Origin: Clostridiales bacterium
Lineage (GTDB): Bacteria; Bacillota; Dehalobacteriia; UBA4068
Length of the DNA stretch: 36,991 bases
Reading direction: 5' to 3'
Assembly (NCBI GenBank): GCA_009783415.1
Contig: WRHF01000002.1
Coordinates: forward strand, 1-36,991
A model generated the notes under the pieces. The model had not been told where the DNA came from. It did no database searches and saw only the letters and a list, made by a program, of their open reading frames with translations. A program made the translations under genes and the position numbers. This document shows positions 1 through 8,110 of the stretch, in pieces. Position 1 is the first letter of the stretch, and every line of letters starts with the position of its first letter.

Positions 1-181
1 CGACCGCAAGTATTCAGGATTCAGTATTCAGAAATCAGAATGCGGGTAACTTTTCGCTTCGCGAAAACTATTGAACAAAATTCTTGTTTTTTATTTACGA
101 AACGAGTTCGTAAGCTACTAATGCGGTCTTCGAGCACAAGTAAACAGGTTGAAGAATCAATAAAGAGTTTTCCGAAGTTTA

Positions 182-210
182 TTGACTTATGGCAGGGATA
201 GGTATATAAT
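182..210 (+). promoter_or_regulatory. sigma-A type promoter of the metal uptake operon
   Basis: TTGACT-17 bp-TATAAT, 60 bp upstream of the 270 ORF. Confidence 0.7.
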
Positions 211-269
211 TTAGTAAACAAAGCTAATTTGGCTTAAATATAGGCCGGGAAAAGAGGTGGCAAAAGGTT

Positions 270-575
270 ATGAAGAATCTTGGCGGCAATAAATTCGTTG
301 CCTTGCTGATTATTATATCCCTGATTGCCGTTTCGATTTTTTCTTATGGCTATATAATAACCAATATTAACCATATTTGCCACGATAAAGCTTGCAAGCC
401 TTGTGAGCAAATCACCTATTGGAGCAATAGCCTGCGTCTGATCTCCGGTGTCTTACTTTGCATATTTGTTACTTTCAGCTTTTCTACCCCGATACTTACT
501 ACTAATGGGAAGCAGAAGTATTCTATAAAACATATAAATAATCCTGTTATGCTAAAAGTAAAATTAAATAATTGA
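270..575 (+). CDS. Small membrane protein with His/Cys motif; possible metal-sensing leader peptide
   Basis: 101 aa, AGAGGTG RBS, two hydrophobic stretches flanking NHICHDKACKPC, C-terminus PVMLKVKLNN. Confidence 0.75.
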   Translation: MKNLGGNKFVALLIIISLIAVSIFSYGYIITNINHICHDKACKPCEQITYWSNSLRLISGVLLCIFVTFSFSTPILTTNGKQKYSIKHINNPVMLKVKLNN

Positions 576-711
576 GCCGCCTTTGATCAATTCACAATTG
601 CCGTAAGGGTTATAAGTGAAATCAAGAAGCGGAAACGGATTATTGAGGCAGCTTGGAGGGGATTTTTTGCCCCTTGATCTGTTTTGGCTTCTTTCTAAAG
701 GAGGCTTTTTT

Positions 712-1671
712 ATGTCCGGAAAAACCCTGGCATTTTTTGCCATGGCGGTTGTTTTTGGGATATTTTCTCTAGCAGCCGGTGGTTGTGAGGTCAATGAGCC
801 GCCGGAAAAAGATAACGGGAAAATCAATATTGTGGCTACTATATTTCCCCAATATGATTTTTGCCGTGCCATAGCGGGGGATAGGGCCAACCTTTCCCTC
901 TTGATCAAGCCCGGCGTTTCTGTGCATTCTTTTGAACCTTCGGCTGCGGATATGAAAAAAATCGATGATGCCGATGTGTTTATTTATATCGGCGGGGAAA
1001 GCGATGCCTGGGTAGGGCGGCTTTTGTCTTCCCTGGATACTTCCAATAAACATATCATCAGCCTGATCGATCAGGTGGATGCCGTGATGGAAGAAATAGG
1101 AGAAGGCATGGAAGATGATCCGGATGATGGAGAGGAAGAGGATATCTACGATGAACATATTTGGACTTCCCTCCAAAATTCGCTGAAACTGATCCAAGTG
1201 ATAGCTGATAATTTGGCGGAAATCGATCAGGAAAATAGAGAATTTTACCAGCAAAACGCTGCTGCCTATATAGACCAAATCAAGGAGCTGGATCAAGAGA
1301 TAAGGGATATTGTCCAAAATGCCCGGCGAAATACCATCGTCATTGCGGATAAATTCCCCTTCCGCTATTTTGTTGATGAATTCGGCCTGGATTATTATGC
1401 GGCCTTTCCCGGCTGCAGCGACCAGGCTGATGCCAGTGCAAGTACCATCGCCTCTCTGATAAAAACTGTTATTGAGGAGCAAATACCCTGTATATACTAT
1501 GTCGAGCTGAGCAATCAAAATGTAGCCCGGGCAGTCAATGAGCAAACAGGGGCTCAAATGCTGCTGCTCAATTCCTGCCAAACCCTGAGCAAGGAAGATT
1601 TTGACGCAGGCGCCACCTATCTTTCCCTGATGCGTGCCAATGCCCAGGCTCTCAAGGAGGGATTGAACTGA
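712..1671 (+). CDS. znuA: Metal (Zn/Mn) ABC transporter substrate-binding lipoprotein, ZnuA/AdcA family
   Basis: AAGGAGG RBS before ATG 712; lipobox AGGC; IVATIFP, VHSFEP and DEHIW motifs. Confidence 0.9.
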   Translation: MSGKTLAFFAMAVVFGIFSLAAGGCEVNEPPEKDNGKINIVATIFPQYDFCRAIAGDRANLSLLIKPGVSVHSFEPSAADMKKIDDADVFIYIGGESDAWVGRLLSSLDTSNKHIISLIDQVDAVMEEIGEGMEDDPDDGEEEDIYDEHIWTSLQNSLKLIQVIADNLAEIDQENREFYQQNAAAYIDQIKELDQEIRDIVQNARRNTIVIADKFPFRYFVDEFGLDYYAAFPGCSDQADASASTIASLIKTVIEEQIPCIYYVELSNQNVARAVNEQTGAQMLLLNSCQTLSKEDFDAGATYLSLMRANAQALKEGLN

Positions 1672-2375
1672 TGAATATTCTCTCTTGCCGGGAGCTATAT
1701 ATTAAGTATGATGCTAAGGCAGTGGTAAAAAATGTCAGTTTCGACCTGAAAGACGGCGATTATTTATCTATAATCGGCGAAAACGGTTCCGGCAAAACAA
1801 CACTGATGAAAAGCATATTGGGCCTGATCAAACCGGTTGCAGGCCATATTGAATTTCAGGGCATAAAGCAGATAGAAATCGGTTATCTGCCTCAGCAGAC
1901 ATCAATACAAAAAGATTTTCCTGCCAGCGTACTGGAGGTAGTACTTTCCGGCTGTCTGAACAGACATGGTTTTTTACCTTTCTATTCATCCCGGGATAAA
2001 AAAAGAGCCCAGGAAAACCTGGAAAATCTTGGTATTGATCAGCTCAAAAGAAAGGCCTATTGCGACCTTTCCGGCGGCCAGCAGCAAAGAGTGCTTTTAG
2101 CCCGTGCTCTTTGCGCCACGGAAAAAGTGCTGATGCTCGACGAGCCGGTCACCGGGCTGGATCCCGCCGCCAGCGAAGAATTATATACTTTGCTAAATAA
2201 ACTCAACAGTGAAGGGATAGCGATCATCATGATTTCCCACGATGTCAAAAGCGCCGTAAAATATGGCAGTAAGATTTTACATCTGAAAACAGAACCCCTC
2301 TTTTTTGGCCTGGCATCAGAATATGGGAAAACAGATGTTGGAAGTAAAATGCTGAGAGGTGAAACTCATGTTTAG
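1671..2375 (+). CDS. znuC: Metal ABC transporter ATP-binding protein
   Basis: GENGSGKT, LSGGQQQR, LDEP, SHD; overlaps the upstream stop codon. Confidence 0.93.
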   Translation: MNILSCRELYIKYDAKAVVKNVSFDLKDGDYLSIIGENGSGKTTLMKSILGLIKPVAGHIEFQGIKQIEIGYLPQQTSIQKDFPASVLEVVLSGCLNRHGFLPFYSSRDKKRAQENLENLGIDQLKRKAYCDLSGGQQQRVLLARALCATEKVLMLDEPVTGLDPAASEELYTLLNKLNSEGIAIIMISHDVKSAVKYGSKILHLKTEPLFFGLASEYGKTDVGSKMLRGETHV

Positions 2376-3249
2376 CATACTTCAGGAATATTTTTCCTAT
2401 GCCTTTGTTGTCCGGGCCTTATATGTCGGCATCTTTGTTGCTTTGTGCTCGGCTTTGTTGGGTGTCAGTCTGGTTTTAAAACGCTATTCCATGATTGGCG
2501 ACGGACTTTCCCATGTGGGTTTTGGTACCTTGGCCATTGCCATGGCCCTAAATCTGGCGCCGCTGCAGGTTTCCATACCTTTGGTCTTACTGGCGGCCTT
2601 CCTCTTGCTGCGCGTAAGCGAGAACAGCAAAATCAAAGGCGATGCGGCTATTGCCCTGATTTCCAGCAGTTCGCTGGCGCTGGGGGGAATAATCATTGCC
2701 GTATCCACAGGTATGGGCGCGGATGTTTGCAATTATATGTTCGGCGCTATCCTGGCCATGAGAATAAGTGATGTCTATTTAAGCATCGGCGCCGCGGCGG
2801 TGGTATTGATCCTGTATCTAATATTTTATAACAGGATTTTCACCGTTACTTTTGATGAAAGCTTTGCCAAAGCAACAGGTACAAAAGTGGGATATTATAA
2901 TATGCTGATAGCTTTTCTTACCGCTTTGGTCATCGTGGTAGGGATGCGGATGATGGGGGCCATGCTGATTTCCGGCCTGATAATTTTCCCCGCTCTGACC
3001 TCCATGCGCATTTTGAAGAGCTTTAAGAGCGTGGTGATCACCTCGGCTGTTTTGGCTGTGATCTGTTTCTTTTTAGGGATGGTGTTATCCCTTATTATTT
3101 CTACCCCAAAAGGAGGCAATATACCCCCCGGGGCTAGTATTGTTGCTGTTAATCTGGGAGCTTTTTGTCTATTCCTGATTATCGGAGCTCTAAAAAAATG
3201 GAACGCAGGGCGTAAATTAAGACAAGATTTAAAGGAGGCAGCAAAATGA
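2368..3249 (+). CDS. znuB: Metal ABC transporter permease (ABC-3)
   Basis: GDGLSH, TFDESFA, many transmembrane segments; ATG 2368 follows GAGGTG. Confidence 0.92.
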   Translation: MFSILQEYFSYAFVVRALYVGIFVALCSALLGVSLVLKRYSMIGDGLSHVGFGTLAIAMALNLAPLQVSIPLVLLAAFLLLRVSENSKIKGDAAIALISSSSLALGGIIIAVSTGMGADVCNYMFGAILAMRISDVYLSIGAAAVVLILYLIFYNRIFTVTFDESFAKATGTKVGYYNMLIAFLTALVIVVGMRMMGAMLISGLIIFPALTSMRILKSFKSVVITSAVLAVICFFLGMVLSLIISTPKGGNIPPGASIVAVNLGAFCLFLIIGALKKWNAGRKLRQDLKEAAK

Positions 3250-3707
3250 AAAAACTATTATTGATAGCTTTATTAAGCATAACAGCAGCCCTATTGGGAG
3301 CTTGCGCTCCGGATATTTTGCCGCTTACAGAAGAAGCGGCGGCGGATGATAACATTCTTGAAATCAAAGAGAGAATGTTTATCCAGCAATGCAGCGACAT
3401 TATGATCAATCCGGAGCTGTACCTGGAGAAAACCATCCGGCTTGAAGGTATATATGATATTATTATTGAGGATGAGGAAGTTTATCAATGTATCTACCGC
3501 CGGGGTCCGGGCTGCTGCCCCGGTGTTGACTCGGAATATGGTTTCATCTGCTATTATGATGGCGAGAAGCCCAATGAGAACGATTGGGTAAGAGCAACAG
3601 GGACTATTATTTTGGAAAAATATGAAAACGGCAGGCAGCAGGTCATTCTTAATTTATCTAAACTGGAAGTCTTAGATGAACGTGGACAAGAAACCGTTGA
3701 CAATTAA
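3246..3707 (+). CDS. Lipoprotein resembling the DUF1980/TIGR03943 C-terminal domain
   Basis: Lipobox LLGAC; GPGCC and NDWVRATG; ATGA overlap with the permease. Confidence 0.65.
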   Translation: MKKLLLIALLSITAALLGACAPDILPLTEEAAADDNILEIKERMFIQQCSDIMINPELYLEKTIRLEGIYDIIIEDEEVYQCIYRRGPGCCPGVDSEYGFICYYDGEKPNENDWVRATGTIILEKYENGRQQVILNLSKLEVLDERGQETVDN

Positions 3708-3722
3708 AAATACTATTACTGG

Positions 3723-4094
3723 TCATTCTTGAGCCAGGTTATCCACTAATTCCCTTAATTTACCAATTTCTTCCGGGGAGTACTTTTTGCTCCCCGAACC
3801 CAGAACAAAAGCAACCAGCTGTTCAGGGGCGCCTTCGTATAGGGTATTGATCAGCTTTGTTGTAGCCATCTCCTGAGCCTGCTCCTTGGTAATGAGAGGA
3901 TGACAAACAAAAAAGGGTTCCTCCCGTCTGATTGCTCCTTTATTGATGCAATACTTGATCACAGTATAGGCGGTAGTCTTTCTCCAGCCGGTCTGCTCGA
4001 AAAGGATTTCCCCTATTTTTTTTGCAGTAGTCGGCCCTTCGCGCCAAAGTATCTCCATAATTTTCAAATCAGAATCGGCCAATCTCATTTTCAT
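3723..4094 (-). CDS. BlaI/MecI/CopY family repressor
   Basis: LADSDLKIMEILW, W..TTAYTVI...INKGAI winged helix; start at MKMRL after a GGGGG RBS. Confidence 0.88.
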   Translation of the reverse strand: MKMRLADSDLKIMEILWREGPTTAKKIGEILFEQTGWRKTTAYTVIKYCINKGAIRREEPFFVCHPLITKEQAQEMATTKLINTLYEGAPEQLVAFVLGSGSKKYSPEEIGKLRELVDNLAQE

Positions 4095-4174
4095 GATCAA
4101 TACCCCCGTTATCAATTCGTAATTCGTAATTCGTAATCAAATGCCATAATAATAGAATTGATACGAACAGTACT

Positions 4175-4203
4175 ATTCTATATTAGTGGAACTTGTTTGT
4201 CAA
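4175..4203 (-). promoter_or_regulatory. sigma-A promoter of the BlaI-type gene
   Basis: TTGACA-17 bp-TAGAAT on the minus strand. Confidence 0.75.
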
Positions 4204-4222
4204 TGCCAAAATTGAATAAGTA

Positions 4223-4277
4223 TAAAAAAAGAACGGGAATGAGGCGGCAGCTGTTGGCAGCTATCTCATTCCCGTTG
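4223..4277 (-). terminator. Intrinsic terminator downstream of peptidase 1
   Basis: AACGGGAATGAG...CTCATTCCCGTT stem followed by a U run on the minus strand; homologous to the stems at 8028 and 14509. Confidence 0.7.
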
Positions 4278-4334
4278 ACATCTTGCGGGTTGGTGGCCCT
4301 CCCCCCGGCGCTACGCGCCACCCCCCTCTGCGAG

Positions 4335-4498
4335 GCAATGTCAGTAACTTAAGAAAATTTATCATTCACAATTCATCATTCATCATTTTTCATTTTAATT
4401 TAGCCAAATAATACCTGCAAAGAATAATGAAAAATGATGAATGATAAGTGATGAATTATGAATTAACAAGCTTTCTTTTGTTAAGTTGCTGACATTGC
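4335..4498. mobile_element. MITE-like element filled with heptamer repeats
   Basis: GCAATGTCAGTAACTTAA / TTAAGTTGCTGACATTGC terminal inverted repeats; internal (TTCATCA)n and (TGAATGA)n; flanked by REP-like hairpins. Confidence 0.55.
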
Positions 4499-4618
4499 TA
4501 CCAGAGGTGGATGTCAGCGAAGCTGACAGGGGGAGTTCCTCTCCCAGGGAGCTAAACCCCTGGCAACCGGCAAGTACAGTTAATAATTTTCCTTTATCCT
4601 TTTTCCTTTTTCAATTTA

Positions 4619-7600
4619 TCAACCTCCGACTACCATGCGGAGGATCAGGGCGGCATCGGTGCTGTCAATTACGCCGTCGCCGTTGATATCACCCAAAAGC
4701 AGCGCTCTTTGAGTCCAGGGAACCAGACCTACATACATTTGCAGGAGTAATATGGCATCTTCAGGAGTGACGGTACCGTCGCCGTCAATGTCACCCAATA
4801 CCCCAAGAATCAAAGTGCCGGGCAAAACCTTTGTATCTAAATTTATCATAGCATCCGTAAAGGTACCGAACTGCAATTTTACCACTTCCAGATTCAGGGG
4901 ATATTCCCCGATGCCGGGCGCCGTAGCGGATATTTGGTAGGTTACAGTAAAGAGAAGACCGTTGCCGGCAACATTTTCCTGGGAAGCAAAGGCGATCTTC
5001 ATCAGATCGGTCGCATATTTGGGATTGGCCACAAACATGAGAGTATTCAAATCACCGGCAGGCTTGACAGCAATTGGCGTGTAGATGCTGTTATTATAGG
5101 GTACTGAGAAATCAAGGGTACTGAAGCCGGCTTCGTTGCCGCTGATTTTGTAGGTAACATCCACGGTACCGCCGGGCTTGCTCCAAACATCAGCCACTTC
5201 GATGGTTACGGGTTCTGCGGGTACGGTAGTAAATTCGACCGGGATGACTACATTGGAGACTTCATTGTCGATGGAGAAGGTGAAGGCATTGTTACCGGTA
5301 TAAGCGGAGGTGCTGTTGTGACCGGTGGAGAGGATAAGAGCCAGCCTGTTGCCCTTCTTGGCGGTATGGACACAGGGCTGCAGATAAAGGGTATAGTCAT
5401 GGTATACGCCATAATTTGCGGCTATATCCAAGCGCTTGTCCGGGGTAGCGGTATTGCTTACCCAGCCGGCTTCCGGGGTGGCCAGATTCATCCAGCCTCT
5501 GGCGATCTCCCTGTAGGTCGTGGTGGTTGTTGCATTAAAGCGGACAATATTGGAGCTGCTCAAGCCGCCGCCGCGCAGGATGCCGCCGCTGAGAACCGTG
5601 GTAGTACTGGGGCTGTCGCCGACAGCATTGCCGCCGTAGGTGCGCAGGGTGGTACCGGCTGCAGCTATTTCCACCAATCTGGCATGGACCCTGGCTTGCC
5701 CCGTGGGGGAGCTGCCTGTCGGGTTGGTGGTAGCATTGTTTGGCGCCAGGACATTGCTGCCTGCGGACATGATGGCAGCCCGGAAATTGATAGCGACATT
5801 ACCCTTGACCGTTACATCTTCAGGAAGCACTATCGAATAGAGGGTGCTGGCTGCGGTGGGAGCATTGAGCATATTTTGCCAGCTGCTGGAGCCGTTGGCG
5901 CTGTTGAGGAGGGTGAACGGATCATCCGCACCGGTGATCGCGGGAGGCGGAGGCGGGTCGTTAGCGGCGGTAGTCGATACGGTTTCAGTTTCGCCGCTGG
6001 GGGGGATCCCGCCTGTCAGGTAAAGATCCGGACCGTCATATTCCACAGGCACTTCATATTCTCTGTCCGGTACAGGCGCCGCAATAGGAGAAGTGGTCAC
6101 CCGGTCCTTGTTGGTCAAGACGAGCTTATTTACGCTGTGCCAGGTATCATAACCCTCATAATCCCCGGTCAGGTTGCTTTGGGCAAAAACCTCAGGCAAG
6201 AGATCCAGCACATCGTTATCTACTTTGTACAAATATTTACTGTACCACAGATTTTGCCATTCCTGATAGACATAAGGGCCGATCTGATGATTGGTGGGAG
6301 TCATATGAGCGCCCTGATCCCAGATGAATTTGACATCGACGCCGGCTTTTTTGCAGGCTTCATACATCAGGATAGACTGCTTGGGACGGACATTGTTGTC
6401 ATTGGTGCCGTGGACTATCAGCATGGAAGCATGTAATTTACTGGGACCCCAGTCCTCGAACCAGCCGTCAAGGGTGTAGTCGCGGCGCGCCCAGTGTTCG
6501 CCGTATTGATTGTTGAGCTCCATTGCCTCCCAGTACATTTGCTGCATATATCCCATTTGTTTGGCCCGCAACGGATTTATGGGTACCCAGTCGGCGCGGC
6601 CGAAGCTGCTTAAGATATACCAAACCATACCGGGGGTATATTGGGCGCCCCAGTTGGCTGCGCCTTGCTGATTTTGGTATTCGTAATAGCTGATGATGCC
6701 GCAGACAGGGATAATGGTCTCCAGGCCTTTAACGCCGGTACTGGCTACGCCATTGGGGACGGTGCCGCCGTAGGAGGTGCCTGTCATGCCGGCAAAGCCA
6801 TTGGACCAGTCGGCTTTGATTTGGATATTGCTGGTTTTGTCGGTATAGGCTACCGCCTCGCCGTTAAGCCATTCGATCACCTTTTTATAAGCGGCGATTT
6901 CTATTTCCGCACCGTAGGTGGATAAGCCCTCGCCGGCCAGGGTGCCGATACCGGCGGTGGAAATCAGGGCATAGCCGCGAACCGCAAAGTAGTCGTGCAT
7001 GTTAAGGCTTCCTACCTGATTGCCGTTGGCGACGCCCCATGTTACAGTGGCGGTGGTGGCAGGTTTTCCGGAATAGGAATAGCTGTAGCGCCAGTCTCTC
7101 CAGGGCTGAGTGCTGAGCAGCTGATTGTCCACAAGCTGTTTGGTTGTGATTTCACTTGCCGGAGTGCGGGGGGGGACTTTTACCAGAAGCATGTCTTTAG
7201 TATAGGGGCCGTTTTCATTAAGCCAGGCTTGTCCCTCGGCCCGGACATTTTCAGGATAGGATACCCCATCATTTGTCCCTTCATTGTAAGGCTGGGCATG
7301 ATAGATACTGGCGCATTTCATCCCTTTTTCCACAGCGGCCCGGGGCAGCTGCACCATGACTTTGATCAAGTCCAGCTTGCCGTCGCCGTCGGTATCATAG
7401 TCGGTCTCAACATAGACGAGGAAACGGGCTACACCTTCTCCGCTGGTATCATAATATGTAGAGTTGCCGTAAGGGAAGATGGGCTGAGCCATCCCGTGGA
7501 CGAAATAAGGCTCCGGGGGGTCTTTGAGCAAGGCGTCGCGGAGCCCGTTTTTGGCATCCGCCATAACCAGGTCCATTTCTGCGGCGATTTCTTCAGTTAC

Positions 7601-7846
7601 GGTAGCTGTCGGGTTATAAACCCAATTGTCGAGGAAGCCCAGGCTTTCGGCCAGCATGTCCTGATCCCGAACCACAGTGCCGATCAGCGAATCCTGCAAA
7701 CCGGCGGATTTGATCATGGCGACGACATACTCACGCTGGGTACCGAAATCCTCTGTTGCCGCGGTGAGAGTCAGAGCCGGTATCAATGACAAAGCAAGCG
7801 CCATTACCGCGACTATCACCAAAAGTTTTTTGTTCTTTGTTCTCAT
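4619..7846 (-). CDS. Secreted Xaa-Pro dipeptidyl peptidase-like protein (S15) with C-terminal cohesin and dockerin, paralog 1
   Basis: Signal peptide; VYVETDYDTDGDGKLDLI; nucleophile GTSYGG, HGTNDNNV, QGAH; PGGTVDV...G.LFTVTY cohesin; duplicated GDxxGDG dockerin; AGGAGG RBS. Confidence 0.88.
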   Translation of the reverse strand: MRTKNKKLLVIVAVMALALSLIPALTLTAATEDFGTQREYVVAMIKSAGLQDSLIGTVVRDQDMLAESLGFLDNWVYNPTATVTEEIAAEMDLVMADAKNGLRDALLKDPPEPYFVHGMAQPIFPYGNSTYYDTSGEGVARFLVYVETDYDTDGDGKLDLIKVMVQLPRAAVEKGMKCASIYHAQPYNEGTNDGVSYPENVRAEGQAWLNENGPYTKDMLLVKVPPRTPASEITTKQLVDNQLLSTQPWRDWRYSYSYSGKPATTATVTWGVANGNQVGSLNMHDYFAVRGYALISTAGIGTLAGEGLSTYGAEIEIAAYKKVIEWLNGEAVAYTDKTSNIQIKADWSNGFAGMTGTSYGGTVPNGVASTGVKGLETIIPVCGIISYYEYQNQQGAANWGAQYTPGMVWYILSSFGRADWVPINPLRAKQMGYMQQMYWEAMELNNQYGEHWARRDYTLDGWFEDWGPSKLHASMLIVHGTNDNNVRPKQSILMYEACKKAGVDVKFIWDQGAHMTPTNHQIGPYVYQEWQNLWYSKYLYKVDNDVLDLLPEVFAQSNLTGDYEGYDTWHSVNKLVLTNKDRVTTSPIAAPVPDREYEVPVEYDGPDLYLTGGIPPSGETETVSTTAANDPPPPPAITGADDPFTLLNSANGSSSWQNMLNAPTAASTLYSIVLPEDVTVKGNVAINFRAAIMSAGSNVLAPNNATTNPTGSSPTGQARVHARLVEIAAAGTTLRTYGGNAVGDSPSTTTVLSGGILRGGGLSSSNIVRFNATTTTTYREIARGWMNLATPEAGWVSNTATPDKRLDIAANYGVYHDYTLYLQPCVHTAKKGNRLALILSTGHNSTSAYTGNNAFTFSIDNEVSNVVIPVEFTTVPAEPVTIEVADVWSKPGGTVDVTYKISGNEAGFSTLDFSVPYNNSIYTPIAVKPAGDLNTLMFVANPKYATDLMKIAFASQENVAGNGLLFTVTYQISATAPGIGEYPLNLEVVKLQFGTFTDAMINLDTKVLPGTLILGVLGDIDGDGTVTPEDAILLLQMYVGLVPWTQRALLLGDINGDGVIDSTDAALILRMVVGG

Positions 7847-8027
7847 GTGTTTCCCTCCTAATTTTTTTATTACATAGATTGCCAAACAACCCATGTTTTG
7901 ATATTTTTCTCTATAAAATAACAAAATCCTCTATTTTTAATCTCCAAAATTTACCACAAATATTCCTATTATTGTCTATAATTTCTAATATTAACCTATT
8001 TTCCCCTAAAATTCTTTGTTTTCTACA

Positions 8028-8077
8028 AAAAAGGTGGGAATGAGATAACTGCGAGCAGATATCTCATTCCCACCTCT
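8028..8077 (-). terminator. Intrinsic terminator downstream of peptidase 2
   Basis: AGGTGGGAATGAGAT...ATCTCATTCCCACCT stem plus U run on the minus strand. Confidence 0.8.
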
Positions 8078-8110
8078 ATCATGCGGGCAGTGCCCTCAAG
8101 CGGGCTCCCA

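Noticed and set aside
576-711. Known riboswitch upstream of znuA
   Set aside because: Hairpins are present but I recognise no yybP-ykoY, NiCo, M-box or cobalamin consensus; an Rfam scan is needed
5318-6436. Long antisense ORFs over the peptidases, znuA, the lipase and radA (for example 372, 270, 264 and 244 aa)
   Set aside because: Shadows of codon bias in well-supported opposite-strand genes; no recognisable motifs, and their ends are not conserved across paralogs
7360-7420. DTDGDGKLD as a second dockerin
   Set aside because: Single loop at the start of the S15 domain, common in this peptidase family; lacks the duplicated dockerin helix pattern
7847-7924. Extended starts in the ORF track (7924, 11365, 616, 29965, 26718, 33496, 24243)
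   Set aside because: Downstream ATGs have better RBS or domain fit; the extensions run through promoter or UTR sequence
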